Source: Vulcanococcus sp. (GTDB lineage Bacteria; Cyanobacteriota; Cyanobacteriia; PCC-6307; Cyanobiaceae). From it: a DNA stretch of 64,000 nucleotides. The notes beneath the pieces are model-generated. The model was not told where the DNA came from and did no database searches. It saw nothing but the letters and a program-made list of their open reading frames with translations. Positions 8,742 through 18,294 of this stretch are shown here, piece after piece. Position numbers and translations under genes: made by a program. Every line of letters starts with the position of its first letter. The first letter of the stretch is position 1. The stretch lies in NCBI RefSeq assembly GCF_019264575.1, contig NZ_JAHUZV010000026.1; one strand, given 5' to 3'.

Positions 8742-10102
8742 GCGATTCCCCCGCTGCATCTTCTGGGGCTGAACCCAAGGGGCTCGCCCCGAGGCGCGTG
8801 GCCTGGCAGGTGCTTCAGGCGGTAGCGGCCGGGGCCTATGCCGATGGCGCGCTGGAGCGGGAGCTGGGGCGTACGCCGCTGACGCCGGCTGATCGCGGTC
8901 TGGCCACCGAGCTGGCCTATGGCGCCATCCGCCAGCGCCGTCTGCTGGACGCCTGGCTGGATCAGTTGGGCAAGGTGCCAGCAGAGCGCCAGCCCCCCAA
9001 GCTGCGCTGGCTGCTCCATATCGGCCTCTATCAACTGCTGGCTAGCGATCGGGTGCCGCCCTCCGCGGCCGTGAGCACCACCGTGGAGCTGGCCAAGCGC
9101 GGCGGGCTGGCGCGGCTGGCCCCGGTGGCGAATGGCCTGTTGCGCGCCTTTCTGCGTCGGCGCGAAGCCGGGGATCGTCTGCCGCTCACGCCAGCCCAAT
9201 CAGCCGATCTGGCGGTGTCGCTGGGGGTACGCCACTCGCTGCCGGATTGGCTCAGCCGCGAGCTGCTGCAGTGGTTGCCGCCTGAGCGCGCTGAGGCGTT
9301 TGGCCGTGCCTGCAACAGCACGCCCAGCCTGGATCTGCGGGTGAACCGCTTGCACAGCAGTCATGCTGCTGTGCAAGCAGCTCTGGCTGATGCCGGAGTG
9401 GAGGCCATCGCGATCGAAGGCCTGCCATCCGGGCTCACGCTGAAAGGCCGCACGGGTGATTTGAGCCGCTTACCAGGCTTTGCCGAGGGGCATTGGTGTG
9501 TGCAGGATCGCGCTGCTCAGCGCATTGCTCCCCTCCTCGATCCGCAGCCGGGCGAGCGCATCCTCGATGCCTGCGCGGCTCCTGGTGGCAAGAGCACCCA
9601 CCTGGCGGAGTTGATGGGTGATCAGGGCCTGGTGCTGGCTCTCGATCGTGGTGAGGCCCGCTTGCGGCGGGTGAGCCGCAACGCTGAACGGCTCGGGCTG
9701 CAGAGCATTGCGGTGCAGCACGGTGACGCCACGGCGCTGGCGCAGAAGCAGCCCGAGCTACTGGCCAGCTTTGATCGCATCTTGGTGGATGCGCCCTGCT
9801 CGGGGCTCGGCACCCTGGCTCGCCACGCCGATGCCCGTTGGCGCATTGATCCCGCAGCCATTGATGAGCTGGTGGCTCTGCAACGCCAGCTGCTCGATGG
9901 GTTGCTGCCGCTGCTTAAGCCGCAGGGGCATCTGGTGTACGCCACCTGCACCGTGCACCCGCGTGAAAACAACCAGTTGATCGAGGCCGTTCTGGCTGAT
10001 CATCCGGAGTTACAGCTCCGGCAGAGCTGGCAGCTCTGGCCTGGTGAAGTGGCCGGGGCCGGGGATGGCTTTTACGCCGCGTTGCTGGAGCGGCAGGGTT
10101 AA
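8738..10102 (+). CDS. rsmB: 16S rRNA m5C967 methyltransferase RsmB/Sun
   Basis: NusB-like N-terminus, LDACAAPGGKSTH, DAPCSGLG, YATCT; TTG start chosen. Confidence 0.95.
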   Translation: MSDSPAASSGAEPKGLAPRRVAWQVLQAVAAGAYADGALERELGRTPLTPADRGLATELAYGAIRQRRLLDAWLDQLGKVPAERQPPKLRWLLHIGLYQLLASDRVPPSAAVSTTVELAKRGGLARLAPVANGLLRAFLRRREAGDRLPLTPAQSADLAVSLGVRHSLPDWLSRELLQWLPPERAEAFGRACNSTPSLDLRVNRLHSSHAAVQAALADAGVEAIAIEGLPSGLTLKGRTGDLSRLPGFAEGHWCVQDRAAQRIAPLLDPQPGERILDACAAPGGKSTHLAELMGDQGLVLALDRGEARLRRVSRNAERLGLQSIAVQHGDATALAQKQPELLASFDRILVDAPCSGLGTLARHADARWRIDPAAIDELVALQRQLLDGLLPLLKPQGHLVYATCTVHPRENNQLIEAVLADHPELQLRQSWQLWPGEVAGAGDGFYAALLERQG

Positions 10103-10111
10103 GCCTGAGCC

Positions 10112-12181
10112 TCAGGGCAGTGGCGGCGGTGCCGCAGGCGGTGCGGGTGGGGTCAGCGGCGGTGGCGGAGAGGGCGGAGCCGCCGCGGGCGCGGGTGCCG
10201 CCGCCGGTGCTGCAGGGCTGGGCCCTGCGGGTGTGCCTTCGGGAATCACCGGTTCGGCGGGGCCATCAGGGTTGGGGCCTGGGGCCAGCGGTTCAGCGGT
10301 GGTGGCCTCAGGCGCTGCGGCTTCCGGCTTGGGCTTCGGTTTGAGGGCTTTGAGCGGGTCGAATTTGCCGGCCAGTTGGGGTTTGGGCGGGAAGGGGCGC
10401 ACCGGCAGATCCTTGAGGATTGGGCCCATGTAGTCGGCCCAGGCCACCACGGCTACGGCGCTGGTGCTCTTGGTTTCCTTGTTGTTGTCGTAGCCGAGCC
10501 ATAGGCCGGTGACCAGTTGGGGCACACCGCCGATGAACCAGAGGTCTCGGCCGCCCTCGGAGGTGCCGGTTTTGCCGGCGGCGGGGCGATTCGGTGGCAC
10601 GGCGCCGTAGCCGGTGCCGCCCTTCACCACCTGCTGCAGCATCCAGAGCATCGCGTCGGCGATGTCGCTCGGTACAGCGCGGCGGCCTCGATCGCCATCC
10701 ACACGGCGGCTCCAGAGCAGTTCACCGTTAGGCCCGAGGATTTCTTCAAATGGTGTGGGCGTGACGTACACACCGCGGTTGAAGATTGCGGCATAGGCGG
10801 CGGTCATATCGAGCACGGTCTGCTCGGTGGCGCCCACGGCCAGCGGATAAAAACGCCCGAGCTCACGAGTGATGCCGAGGCTCTTGGCCGTGGCGATCAC
10901 CTTGTCGAAGCCAACCTGTTTGAGCAGGCTGACGGAAATGGTGTTCAGCGATTGCTGCAGCGCTACCCACAGCGGCACCACGCCTCGGTATTTGTTGCCG
11001 AAGTTGCGGGGGCAGTAGCCGCCGAAGCACTGCGGTTTGTCGGTCACCTTGTCTTCGGGCTTCATGCCCTCTTTGAGGGCGGCCAGGTACACGAACAACT
11101 TGAAGGTGGAGCCTGGTGAGCGCAGCGCCTGGGCGGCTCGGTTGAACTGGCTCTTGTCAAAATCCTTGCCCCCCACCATCGTGCGCACCAGGCCTGTGCC
11201 CGGCTCCATCGACACCACCGCCCCTTCCATGGCGCCGGGGGCGTGCTTGTTGATCGTGGCCTGAGCTCGCTCCTGCCAGGCCAGGTTGAGGCTGCTGCGA
11301 ATCGTGAGGCCGCCCACCTCGAGATCTTCGGGGCTGAGCACTTTGGGCAGCTCCTGGGCCACCCAGCTGGTGAAATACGGCGCCCGGCTGGTCCAGTACT
11401 TGGGTTCAGCGGGTTTGAGCAGCAGCGGTGCCGCATTGGCACTCTGCAGCTGGAGATCATCAATGAAGCCGGCTTCGCGCATGCGCCGCAGCACCGTGGC
11501 CCGCCGTTCCAGCGCCAGATCGGGATTCACCAGCGGCGAATACACCGAGGGGGCCGGCGGTAGCCCGGCGATCAGTGCCGCTTCGGGCAGGGTGAGTTCC
11601 GCTGGCGTTTTGGAGAAATAAATCCACGCGGCATCGGAAACGCCATAGGCACTCGAGCCCAGATAGACGAAGTTCAGGTATTGCTCAAGGATCTGCTGCT
11701 TGCTGAGCTGGCGCTCCAGCTTTCCGGCCAGCAACGCTTCCTTGAGCTTGCGGATGATTGTGCGGTCCTGGCTGAGGAACACCGTGCGCGCAAGTTGTTG
11801 CGTGATCGTGCTGGCGCCTTCTTCTACCGCGCCGCGGCGCACGTTGCGCAGCAGCGCTCGGCTGATGCCCACTGGATCGATGCCGTCGTGCTCGTAGAAG
11901 CGGCGATCTTCCGCGGCAATGAAGGCCCGCTGCACCAGCAGTGGCATCTGGCCGCTGATCAGCTTCTCGCGCGTGGCCGGGCCCAGCTTCTGGATCACCT
12001 GCCCATCGGCTGAAAGCACGGTGACCGTGCCAGGGCGGTTGTAGCTGCTCACCCGCTGCACGTTGGGCAGCAGCGCATCCACGCCCTGCACCACCAGGTT
12101 CTGGCCTAGGGCAACGGCCACACCGGCGCCAGCGCCAATCAGGCCGGCACGCAGCAGCGGGCGGCGGCGCCTGGCCGTCAC
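10112..12181 (-). CDS. Class A penicillin-binding protein (PBP1A family) with Pro/Ala-rich tail
   Basis: EDRRFYEHDG and GASTITQQLAR transglycosylase motifs; SPGSTFK, SLN, GKTGT transpeptidase motifs. Confidence 0.95.
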   Translation of the reverse strand: MTARRRRPLLRAGLIGAGAGVAVALGQNLVVQGVDALLPNVQRVSSYNRPGTVTVLSADGQVIQKLGPATREKLISGQMPLLVQRAFIAAEDRRFYEHDGIDPVGISRALLRNVRRGAVEEGASTITQQLARTVFLSQDRTIIRKLKEALLAGKLERQLSKQQILEQYLNFVYLGSSAYGVSDAAWIYFSKTPAELTLPEAALIAGLPPAPSVYSPLVNPDLALERRATVLRRMREAGFIDDLQLQSANAAPLLLKPAEPKYWTSRAPYFTSWVAQELPKVLSPEDLEVGGLTIRSSLNLAWQERAQATINKHAPGAMEGAVVSMEPGTGLVRTMVGGKDFDKSQFNRAAQALRSPGSTFKLFVYLAALKEGMKPEDKVTDKPQCFGGYCPRNFGNKYRGVVPLWVALQQSLNTISVSLLKQVGFDKVIATAKSLGITRELGRFYPLAVGATEQTVLDMTAAYAAIFNRGVYVTPTPFEEILGPNGELLWSRRVDGDRGRRAVPSDIADAMLWMLQQVVKGGTGYGAVPPNRPAAGKTGTSEGGRDLWFIGGVPQLVTGLWLGYDNNKETKSTSAVAVVAWADYMGPILKDLPVRPFPPKPQLAGKFDPLKALKPKPKPEAAAPEATTAEPLAPGPNPDGPAEPVIPEGTPAGPSPAAPAAAPAPAAAPPSPPPPLTPPAPPAAPPPLP

Positions 12182-13185
12182 ATCACCACCAGATCGCTAT
12201 GGCCAATGGCCAGAGCGGTGACCAACATCCCCAGCACCAGGAACGGCTGTGCGCTGGCCTGGTACTTCACGTCAAAGGCCACTGGATCGCGCAGCAGCCA
12301 GATGTCCTGGAAGGTGATCTGCGGAATGATCAGCAGCACCAACAGCACGGCAGCGAAATGCTGCCCAATGGCAATCAGCACGGCCACCATCGCCAGCTGA
12401 AACACATCGATCATCCCGGCGCTAATCCAGCTGGCTTTCTCGATGCCGAAGGCCACGGGAAGCGATTGCAGGCCCAGCGCCCGATCACCTTCGACGCTTT
12501 TGAAGTCGTTCACCACCGCGATGCCAAGCCCAGCTAGGGAGTAGGCGAGGGTGAGCAGGGCCGTGGTCCAGGTGAGTTGGCCGAAGAGGGCCTGGCCGGC
12601 CCACCACGGCAGGGCGATGTAACTGGCGCCAAGGGCGTAGTTGCCCAGCCAACCGTTTTGCTTGAGCTTGAGCGGTGGTGCTGAATAAATGAAGCTCACA
12701 AAGGAGCCGCCGAGAGCCAGCAACAACAGCACCGGTGTGGTGTGCCCGGCCCAAAGATCCAAGCCGTAGGCCACACCCAGGCCAGCCAGCAGCAGCACCC
12801 AGATCTGCGCTTTCACCTGCCAGAGAGGAATCGCACCTGAGGGAATCGGCCTGTAGGGCTCGTTGATCGCGTCGATCTCGCGGTCGTAGTAGTCGTTGAT
12901 CGTTTGCGTGTAGCCGGCTAGCAGAGGCCCGCTCATCAACATGCAAGCGATCGAAGCGCCCACTTCGCTGAAGGTCCAGTGGAAGTTGCCCGATGCAGCG
13001 GCGCCGCAGAGCACACCCCAGATCAAGGGGATCCAGGTGACCGGCTTCATCAGCTGCAGCCGGATCTTCCAGATGTTGGAGGTGCCGCTGGCACCTTTCA
13101 TGCCCAGCAGCTGGCGTGCCCCGGCACCGCTGCTGGCGGTGGGGTTGGGTGAGTTGGGGTTGGAGTCGCTCGTGGTTTCGCTCAC
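12178..13185 (-). CDS. chlG: Chlorophyll synthase
   Basis: ARQLLGMKGA, RLQLMKPVTWIPLIWG, NDYYDREIDAINEPYRPIPSG; GTG start chosen. Confidence 0.97.
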   Translation of the reverse strand: MSETTSDSNPNSPNPTASSGAGARQLLGMKGASGTSNIWKIRLQLMKPVTWIPLIWGVLCGAAASGNFHWTFSEVGASIACMLMSGPLLAGYTQTINDYYDREIDAINEPYRPIPSGAIPLWQVKAQIWVLLLAGLGVAYGLDLWAGHTTPVLLLLALGGSFVSFIYSAPPLKLKQNGWLGNYALGASYIALPWWAGQALFGQLTWTTALLTLAYSLAGLGIAVVNDFKSVEGDRALGLQSLPVAFGIEKASWISAGMIDVFQLAMVAVLIAIGQHFAAVLLVLLIIPQITFQDIWLLRDPVAFDVKYQASAQPFLVLGMLVTALAIGHSDLVVM

Positions 13186-13198
13186 AGGGGCTGACGGA

Positions 13199-13411
13199 TC
13201 AGGCAGCGGTGATCTCGTCGTCGAAGAACCAGGTGGTGGTGCCATTGGCCAGCTCCACCACCACGCCGATGCCCTTGCCGTCGGTCACTTTGAAGTCCTT
13301 CACGGTGCCGGTGGCATCGGCCTGGAGGGCGGACACAAGGTCAGCGGGGATGCGGTCGCGCACCCGGGTGACCCGCACCTTCGAGCCGATGGTGATGGCA
13401 GCCTGGGACAT
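13199..13411 (-). CDS. DUF2862 / PetP-like small protein
   Basis: MSQAAITIGSKVRVTRVRDRIP...KVTDGKGIGVVVEL...WFFDDEI, C-terminal 70 aa of the 330-aa track ORF. Confidence 0.8.
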   Translation of the reverse strand: MSQAAITIGSKVRVTRVRDRIPADLVSALQADATGTVKDFKVTDGKGIGVVVELANGTTTWFFDDEITAA

Positions 13412-13489
13412 GTCCGGCGCGACGCAAAAGTGGCGCCAGGTTAGCCCCTGTCCTGCGGCCATCTGGCCCTCAGCCCTTCCCCTGCCGCC

Positions 13490-14266
13490 ATGGTTGCCAA
13501 ACGGATCATTCCCTGCCTTGACGTGGCTGAGGGCCGGGTGGTGAAGGGGGTGAACTTCGTTGGCCTGCGTGATGCCGGCGATCCCGTGGAGCTGGCCTGC
13601 CGCTACAGCGCCTCCGGTGCCGATGAATTGGTGTTTCTGGATATCGCCGCCTCCCACCAGGGCCGCGCCACCCTCGTGGATCTGGTGCGCCGCACTGCCG
13701 AAGCGGTGACGATCCCCTTCACGGTGGGCGGCGGCATCAGCACGGTGGAAGGGATCACCGAATTGCTGCGCGCCGGAGCCGACAAGGTGAGCCTCAACTC
13801 CTCGGCGGTGCGCGATCCCGAGCTCGTGGCCCGGGGGGCAGAGCGCTTCGGTTGCCAGTGCATCGTGGTGGCGATCGATGCTCGCCGCCGTGAGCAAGGC
13901 GGCTGGGATGTGTATGTGAAGGGCGGGCGCGAGAACACCGGCCTGGATGCGGTGGCGTGGGCCCAGCGGGTGGTGGCTCTGGGGGCGGGCGAGATCCTGC
14001 TCACCTCCATGGATGGGGATGGCACCCAGGCGGGCTATGAGCTCAACCTCACGCGCGCTGTGGCTGATGCGGTGGATGTGCCTGTGATCGCCAGCGGCGG
14101 TGCCGGCTGCATCGATCACATCGCCCAAGCCCTCGAAGCCGGTCCCCAGGGGGGGCATGCCTCCGCGGCTCTGCTTGCCTCCCTGTTGCATGACGGCGTG
14201 CTCACCGTGGAGGAGATCAAAACGGATCTGCTTGGTCGGGGTTTCAACATCCGCCCGCTCGCGTAG
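13490..14266 (+). CDS. hisF: Imidazole glycerol phosphate synthase subunit HisF
   Basis: KRIIPCLDV...[26 protein letters not shown]. Confidence 0.98.
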   Translation: MVAKRIIPCLDVAEGRVVKGVNFVGLRDAGDPVELACRYSASGADELVFLDIAASHQGRATLVDLVRRTAEAVTIPFTVGGGISTVEGITELLRAGADKVSLNSSAVRDPELVARGAERFGCQCIVVAIDARRREQGGWDVYVKGGRENTGLDAVAWAQRVVALGAGEILLTSMDGDGTQAGYELNLTRAVADAVDVPVIASGGAGCIDHIAQALEAGPQGGHASAALLASLLHDGVLTVEEIKTDLLGRGFNIRPLA

Positions 14267-14316
14267 GCCTGTTACGCGCCGTTACATTCGTCTCAGATTC
14301 GCTCGCTGGCGCGTTC

Positions 14317-14613
14317 GTGCACGCCCTGGTTCAGACCCACTCCACAATGCTGGCCGTGGTGCTTGTGGTGGCGGTGGTGGCCATGGTGGCCTGGGCGCTG
14401 CAGCTGATGCAGGCGGCCGCCGATCGCAAGGAGTTCTCGCTGATGCTGGCCGGCTGCATGGTCTGCTCGGCGGCGGTGGGCTTGGCAGCTGTGATGGTGA
14501 TGAGCTTCACCAGTGCAGATCGCGTTGAGGCGCAGCTTCAGGCTGGAGGTGTCAGTCTCGATGCGATCTCCCTGCCCTGGGATGCCAGCTTCGATTCAAC
14601 CCGGCGATCCTGA
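14317..14613 (+). CDS. Small two-TM hypothetical membrane protein
   Basis: Two hydrophobic segments flanking DRKEFSLMLAG; fills the hisF-menG gap. Confidence 0.62.
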   Translation: MHALVQTHSTMLAVVLVVAVVAMVAWALQLMQAAADRKEFSLMLAGCMVCSAAVGLAAVMVMSFTSADRVEAQLQAGGVSLDAISLPWDASFDSTRRS

Positions 14614-15298
14614 GCAGGTTCGCGATCTGTTTGATCGCATCGCCCCGGCCTACGACAACCTCAACGACCTGCTCAGCCTGGGCTTGCACCGCATCTGGAA
14701 GCGGCAATCCGTGGCCTGGCTGGAGCCACAAGCCGGTCAGTGTGTGCTCGACCTCTGTTGCGGCACAGGGGATCTGGCTCTCGTGGTGGCAGAGAAGGTG
14801 CGCCCGGCTGGTCTCGTGCTGGGCATCGATGCTGCGGCTGCGCCACTGGAGCGTGCCCGGCAGCGGGCCCGGGCCCAACCGTGGTTGCCGGTGGAGTTTC
14901 GCCAGGGGGATGCCGCAGCCACGGGTTTAGCGGATGCCTCAGCTGACGCCGCGGTGATGGCCTACGGGCTGCGCAACTTGCCCGACCCGGCCGCAGGGCT
15001 TCAGGAGTTGCGCCGCTTGCTTCGTCCAGGTGGGCGCGCTGCGGTACTTGATTTCAATCGACCGGCCAAGCCGCAGGGCTCCACAGCGGCCTTCCAGCGG
15101 TTTTATCTGCGCCGGCTGGTGGTGCCGTTGGCCCGCCGGGCTGGGCTGGAAGATCAGTACGCCTACCTGGAGCGCAGCCTGGAGCGTTTTCCCACGGGGG
15201 CGGAGCAGGAGGAGCTGGCGGTGGCAGCGGGTTTTGGTTTTGCGCGTCACCGTCTGCTGGCGGGAGGCCAGATGGGGTTGCTGCAGCTGGTGGCCTGA
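14582..15298 (+). CDS. menG: UbiE/MenG-family quinone methyltransferase
   Basis: LFDRIAPAYDNLNDLLSLGLHRIWK, VLDLCCGTGDLA, YGLRN; start uncertain. Confidence 0.88.
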   Translation: MPASIQPGDPEQVRDLFDRIAPAYDNLNDLLSLGLHRIWKRQSVAWLEPQAGQCVLDLCCGTGDLALVVAEKVRPAGLVLGIDAAAAPLERARQRARAQPWLPVEFRQGDAAATGLADASADAAVMAYGLRNLPDPAAGLQELRRLLRPGGRAAVLDFNRPAKPQGSTAAFQRFYLRRLVVPLARRAGLEDQYAYLERSLERFPTGAEQEELAVAAGFGFARHRLLAGGQMGLLQLVA

Positions 15299-15541
15299 GC
15301 GTGCTGCTGTTGCTCCAGTTCGCGCTCCTGCTTCGCTGAGAGCAGCACAGTTACCGCGCTGATCAGCAGGGCGGACAGGATGATGCTGAGTCCGAGGTCG
15401 GGTCCCGTCTGAGAGCAGCGGTTGCTTTCAGGCTGGGGCTGCGGCGCTGGTGCGTCAGTAGGTGGTTGTGCCTGCTGTGAACGGCCGCTGGGCAGAATCG
15501 GGGGCCGAGCGCGCCCACGCCGGCCTCATCAGGAGCAGATC

Positions 15542-16432
15542 GTGCATTTCCAGGACATCATCAGCACCCTCAACCGCTTCTGGGCCGAGCGGGGCTGCCT
15601 GATCCTGCAGCCCTACGACACCGAAAAGGGCGCCGGCACGATGAGCCCCCACACGGTGCTGCGGGCGATCGGTCCTGAGCCGTGGGCGGTGGCGTATCCA
15701 GAGCCGTGCCGGCGTCCCACTGATGGGCGCTATGGCGATAACCCCAACCGTGCGCAGCACTACTTCCAGTATCAGGTGCTGATCAAGCCCAGCCCCGACG
15801 GCATCCAGGAGACCTATCTGGCCTCGCTCGAGGCCCTGGGCATCAAGCCGGCCGACCACGACATCCGCTTCGTAGAAGACAACTGGGAATCACCCACCCT
15901 CGGTGCTTGGGGTGTGGGCTGGGAGGTGTGGCTCGATGGCATGGAGGTGACCCAGTTCACCTACTTCCAGCAGTGCGGCGGCATCGACTGCCGGCCCGTG
16001 TCGATCGAGATCACCTATGGCCTCGAGCGCCTGGCCATGTATCTCCAAGACGTGGAGAGCATCTGGGATCTCTCTTGGGATGGCAACCGCACCTACGGCG
16101 ACATCTGGCTGCCCTTTGAGAAGGGGCAGTGCACCTACAACTTCGAGGCCTCCAACCCTGAGCGCCTCAAGCAGCTCTTCGCCATCTACGAAGCCGAAGC
16201 CGCGGATCTTGTGGCCAAGCAGCTGCCGGCTCCTGCGCTCGACTTCGTGCTCAAGTGCAGCCACACCTTCAACCTGCTTGAAGCCCGTGGCGTGATCTCG
16301 GTGACCGAGCGCACCGCCACCATCGGCCGCATCCGCAACCTGGCGCGGCAAGTGGCCGAGGCCTGGCTGGCGGAGCGTGAAGCGCTGGGCTTCCCGCTGC
16401 TCGAGCGTCAGCCCGCCCAGATCAGCAGCTGA
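15542..16432 (+). CDS. glyQ: Glycine--tRNA ligase alpha subunit
   Basis: HFQDII...[32 protein letters not shown]. Confidence 0.98.
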   Translation: MHFQDIISTLNRFWAERGCLILQPYDTEKGAGTMSPHTVLRAIGPEPWAVAYPEPCRRPTDGRYGDNPNRAQHYFQYQVLIKPSPDGIQETYLASLEALGIKPADHDIRFVEDNWESPTLGAWGVGWEVWLDGMEVTQFTYFQQCGGIDCRPVSIEITYGLERLAMYLQDVESIWDLSWDGNRTYGDIWLPFEKGQCTYNFEASNPERLKQLFAIYEAEAADLVAKQLPAPALDFVLKCSHTFNLLEARGVISVTERTATIGRIRNLARQVAEAWLAEREALGFPLLERQPAQISS

Positions 16433-18201
16433 TCGCTGCCCAGCTGGCCGATGCCCACACCCGCCAATGTGATCTGCTGCTGGTTGAAGCCCAGATCTAC
16501 TCGGGTACCGGCTGAGCCAAGATCCACGAGTCGGGCCTGCTGCCCCTCGCCCCAGAACCCACGCAGGTCGAGGCGGTCGCGGCTGGGATCGAAGCCATTC
16601 ACCACTAGCTGTCGGCCCCAGCTGTAGGAGACCACCACGTCTTCAGCAATGTCGGCCTGGAGGTTGAGGGCTGTGGTGCCCCCGGCCACGTTCAGCGTTT
16701 GCCGCGCCACGGATCCGCCCGGGTTGATGATCGGATCGGTGCTTGGGCTCGTGCTGGGCGTTGTGCTCGGGCTTCCAGCAACAGCACCGCTGAGAACCGG
16801 ATCGCTGCCGTAGTCGCCAAACAGCGTGGCGAAGCTGCCGGCGGGGGTGTTGAGCCCGGCGTGGGTGGCAGTCACCTGGCCCACGATCCCCGGGTTGTCG
16901 CGGGTGAGCGACCACATCGAAAGCATTCCCAGCCCCTTTTCAAGGGCGAAGTTTTCGAGAAGCTGAGCGTCGTCGAGCGTGAACACCTCCGTTGTGACGT
17001 CGTTGGTGCCGATCATGGGCGTGACGCCCAGTTGCCCCCAGCTGAAGCGTTGTCTAGCGGCCGCGAACAGATCCACGAGCTGGGTATGGGTGTTGGTGGC
17101 GGCATCGATGGCGTAGGCACCCATGCTTTTCAGCGCCGGCGGCGCGGCGCTGTCGCCGTAGTCCATCGCCATCACGTTCACGCCGTCGATGCGGGCGCCC
17201 TGCTCAAGCGCAATCCGCACGGTGTTGAGCCCATCGTTGGTGAGGCCCTGCGGCAGAACCGGCAGTGTGAGCCACACCTCCAGATCCGGATGGCTCTGCT
17301 GCATGAGTGCCACTGCCTGCATCTGGAGCCGCAGCGTCTGCGGTTCAGCGATGGCGGCACCTTCGATGTCGAAATCGAGCTTGCGCAGGCCTAGGGCCTC
17401 GACCGCCGAGCCGTAAGCCTCCGCCAGTGCTTCCGCGCCCAAGCCTTTTTGTCGATACACCTGAGCCAGGCTGACGCCAGCGGCTCCCCCTAGCGACACC
17501 ATCACATCACCGCCGCTGGCCCGCAGCGCTTCAATCTCCGTCCGGATGGCGCGGGCTTGTTCGTTGTCGCTGCTGAGGCTGAGTGCATCCAGCCCAGCCC
17601 AGCCCAGTTGGCCGCTGGGCGTGGCTTGCAGGAAGCCCAGCGTCAGCAGGCCCACTCCGTATTGCCGCGCCAGACCATCCAGATCCGGCACCGGGTAGAG
17701 CCCCATATCCACATAGGGCGCGAAGAAGCTGTTGCCCCACCGGTCGCTGCCGGCCGCAGCCGTAGCAATGGGATCTGCCGTGGGTACTGATGGGGTGGGA
17801 GCAGGAGCAGGGGCTGGTGTTGGCTCCGGCACCGGTGCCTGGAGTACGTCGTCGCTTAGCGGAGCACCGGTCAGCACCAGTGTTGGATCAAGGCTGCTGA
17901 GTTGGGTTCCGCTGGGCAGCACCCCCTGCAGATAGGAGCTGTTGCTGGAACCGGCTGCGAGGGTGCCTCCCCAGGAGGGTGGGCTCAGGGTCACCTGCCA
18001 GCTGCCGTCGCTGAGCTGTTGTTGACTCACTGTGAAGTTCGAAACATTGCGCAGCTGGTAGCGACTGTTGAAGCTCAGGCTCCAGTCGTTCAAGTTGGCG
18101 CCAGAGCTGTTGGTCACGGTGACCGTGCCTTCGAACGCACCGCTCCATTGACCAGTCAGCGCCAGGTTCACGCTCAGACCTGGGGTTGAGGCTGCTGCCA
18201 T
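16408..18201 (-). CDS. Modular chitinase: CBM2 - Pro-rich linker - GH18 (PF-ChiA-like) - Ser/Thr linker - C-terminal RTX/T1SS-like tail
   Basis: [14 protein letters not shown]...W CBM2 pattern; [22 protein letters not shown] catalytic DxDx[18 protein letters not shown]; tail [11 protein letters not shown]. Confidence 0.88.
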   Translation of the reverse strand: MAAASTPGLSVNLALTGQWSGAFEGTVTVTNSSGANLNDWSLSFNSRYQLRNVSNFTVSQQQLSDGSWQVTLSPPSWGGTLAAGSSNSSYLQGVLPSGTQLSSLDPTLVLTGAPLSDDVLQAPVPEPTPAPAPAPTPSVPTADPIATAAAGSDRWGNSFFAPYVDMGLYPVPDLDGLARQYGVGLLTLGFLQATPSGQLGWAGLDALSLSSDNEQARAIRTEIEALRASGGDVMVSLGGAAGVSLAQVYRQKGLGAEALAEAYGSAVEALGLRKLDFDIEGAAIAEPQTLRLQMQAVALMQQSHPDLEVWLTLPVLPQGLTNDGLNTVRIALEQGARIDGVNVMAMDYGDSAAPPALKSMGAYAIDAATNTHTQLVDLFAAARQRFSWGQLGVTPMIGTNDVTTEVFTLDDAQLLENFALEKGLGMLSMWSLTRDNPGIVGQVTATHAGLNTPAGSFATLFGDYGSDPVLSGAVAGSPSTTPSTSPSTDPIINPGGSVARQTLNVAGGTTALNLQADIAEDVVVSYSWGRQLVVNGFDPSRDRLDLRGFWGEGQQARLVDLGSAGTRVDLGFNQQQITLAGVGIGQLGSDQLLIWAG

Positions 18202-18259
18202 CAGTGACTCCTTGAAGATCGATGCCCTGACCCTCCTGCGCCCCTCCCCTCCTCCACAT

Positions 18260-18273
18260 CCGTCAGATGACGG
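18260..18273. promoter_or_regulatory. Palindrome CCGTCA-ga-TGACGG, candidate operator
   Basis: Perfect 6-2-6 inverted repeat in the 93-bp chitinase/luxR divergent intergenic region. Confidence 0.4.
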
Positions 18274-18294
18274 GTATCTGCGGGCTTCCTAGCT

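Noticed and set aside
10112-10340. Pro/Ala-rich repetitive C-terminus of PBP1A
   Set aside because: Low-complexity tail common in cyanobacterial PBPs; no exact tandem DNA repeat unit
13199-14191. Long antisense/alternative-frame ORFs (e.g. 330 aa over hisF, 517 aa over comEC, 618 aa over lpdA, 340 aa over ilvC, 417 aa over murE)
   Set aside because: Shadow ORFs expected at high GC. They lie opposite or within well-supported genes and show no family motifs; only the last 70 aa of the 330-aa ORF is a real gene
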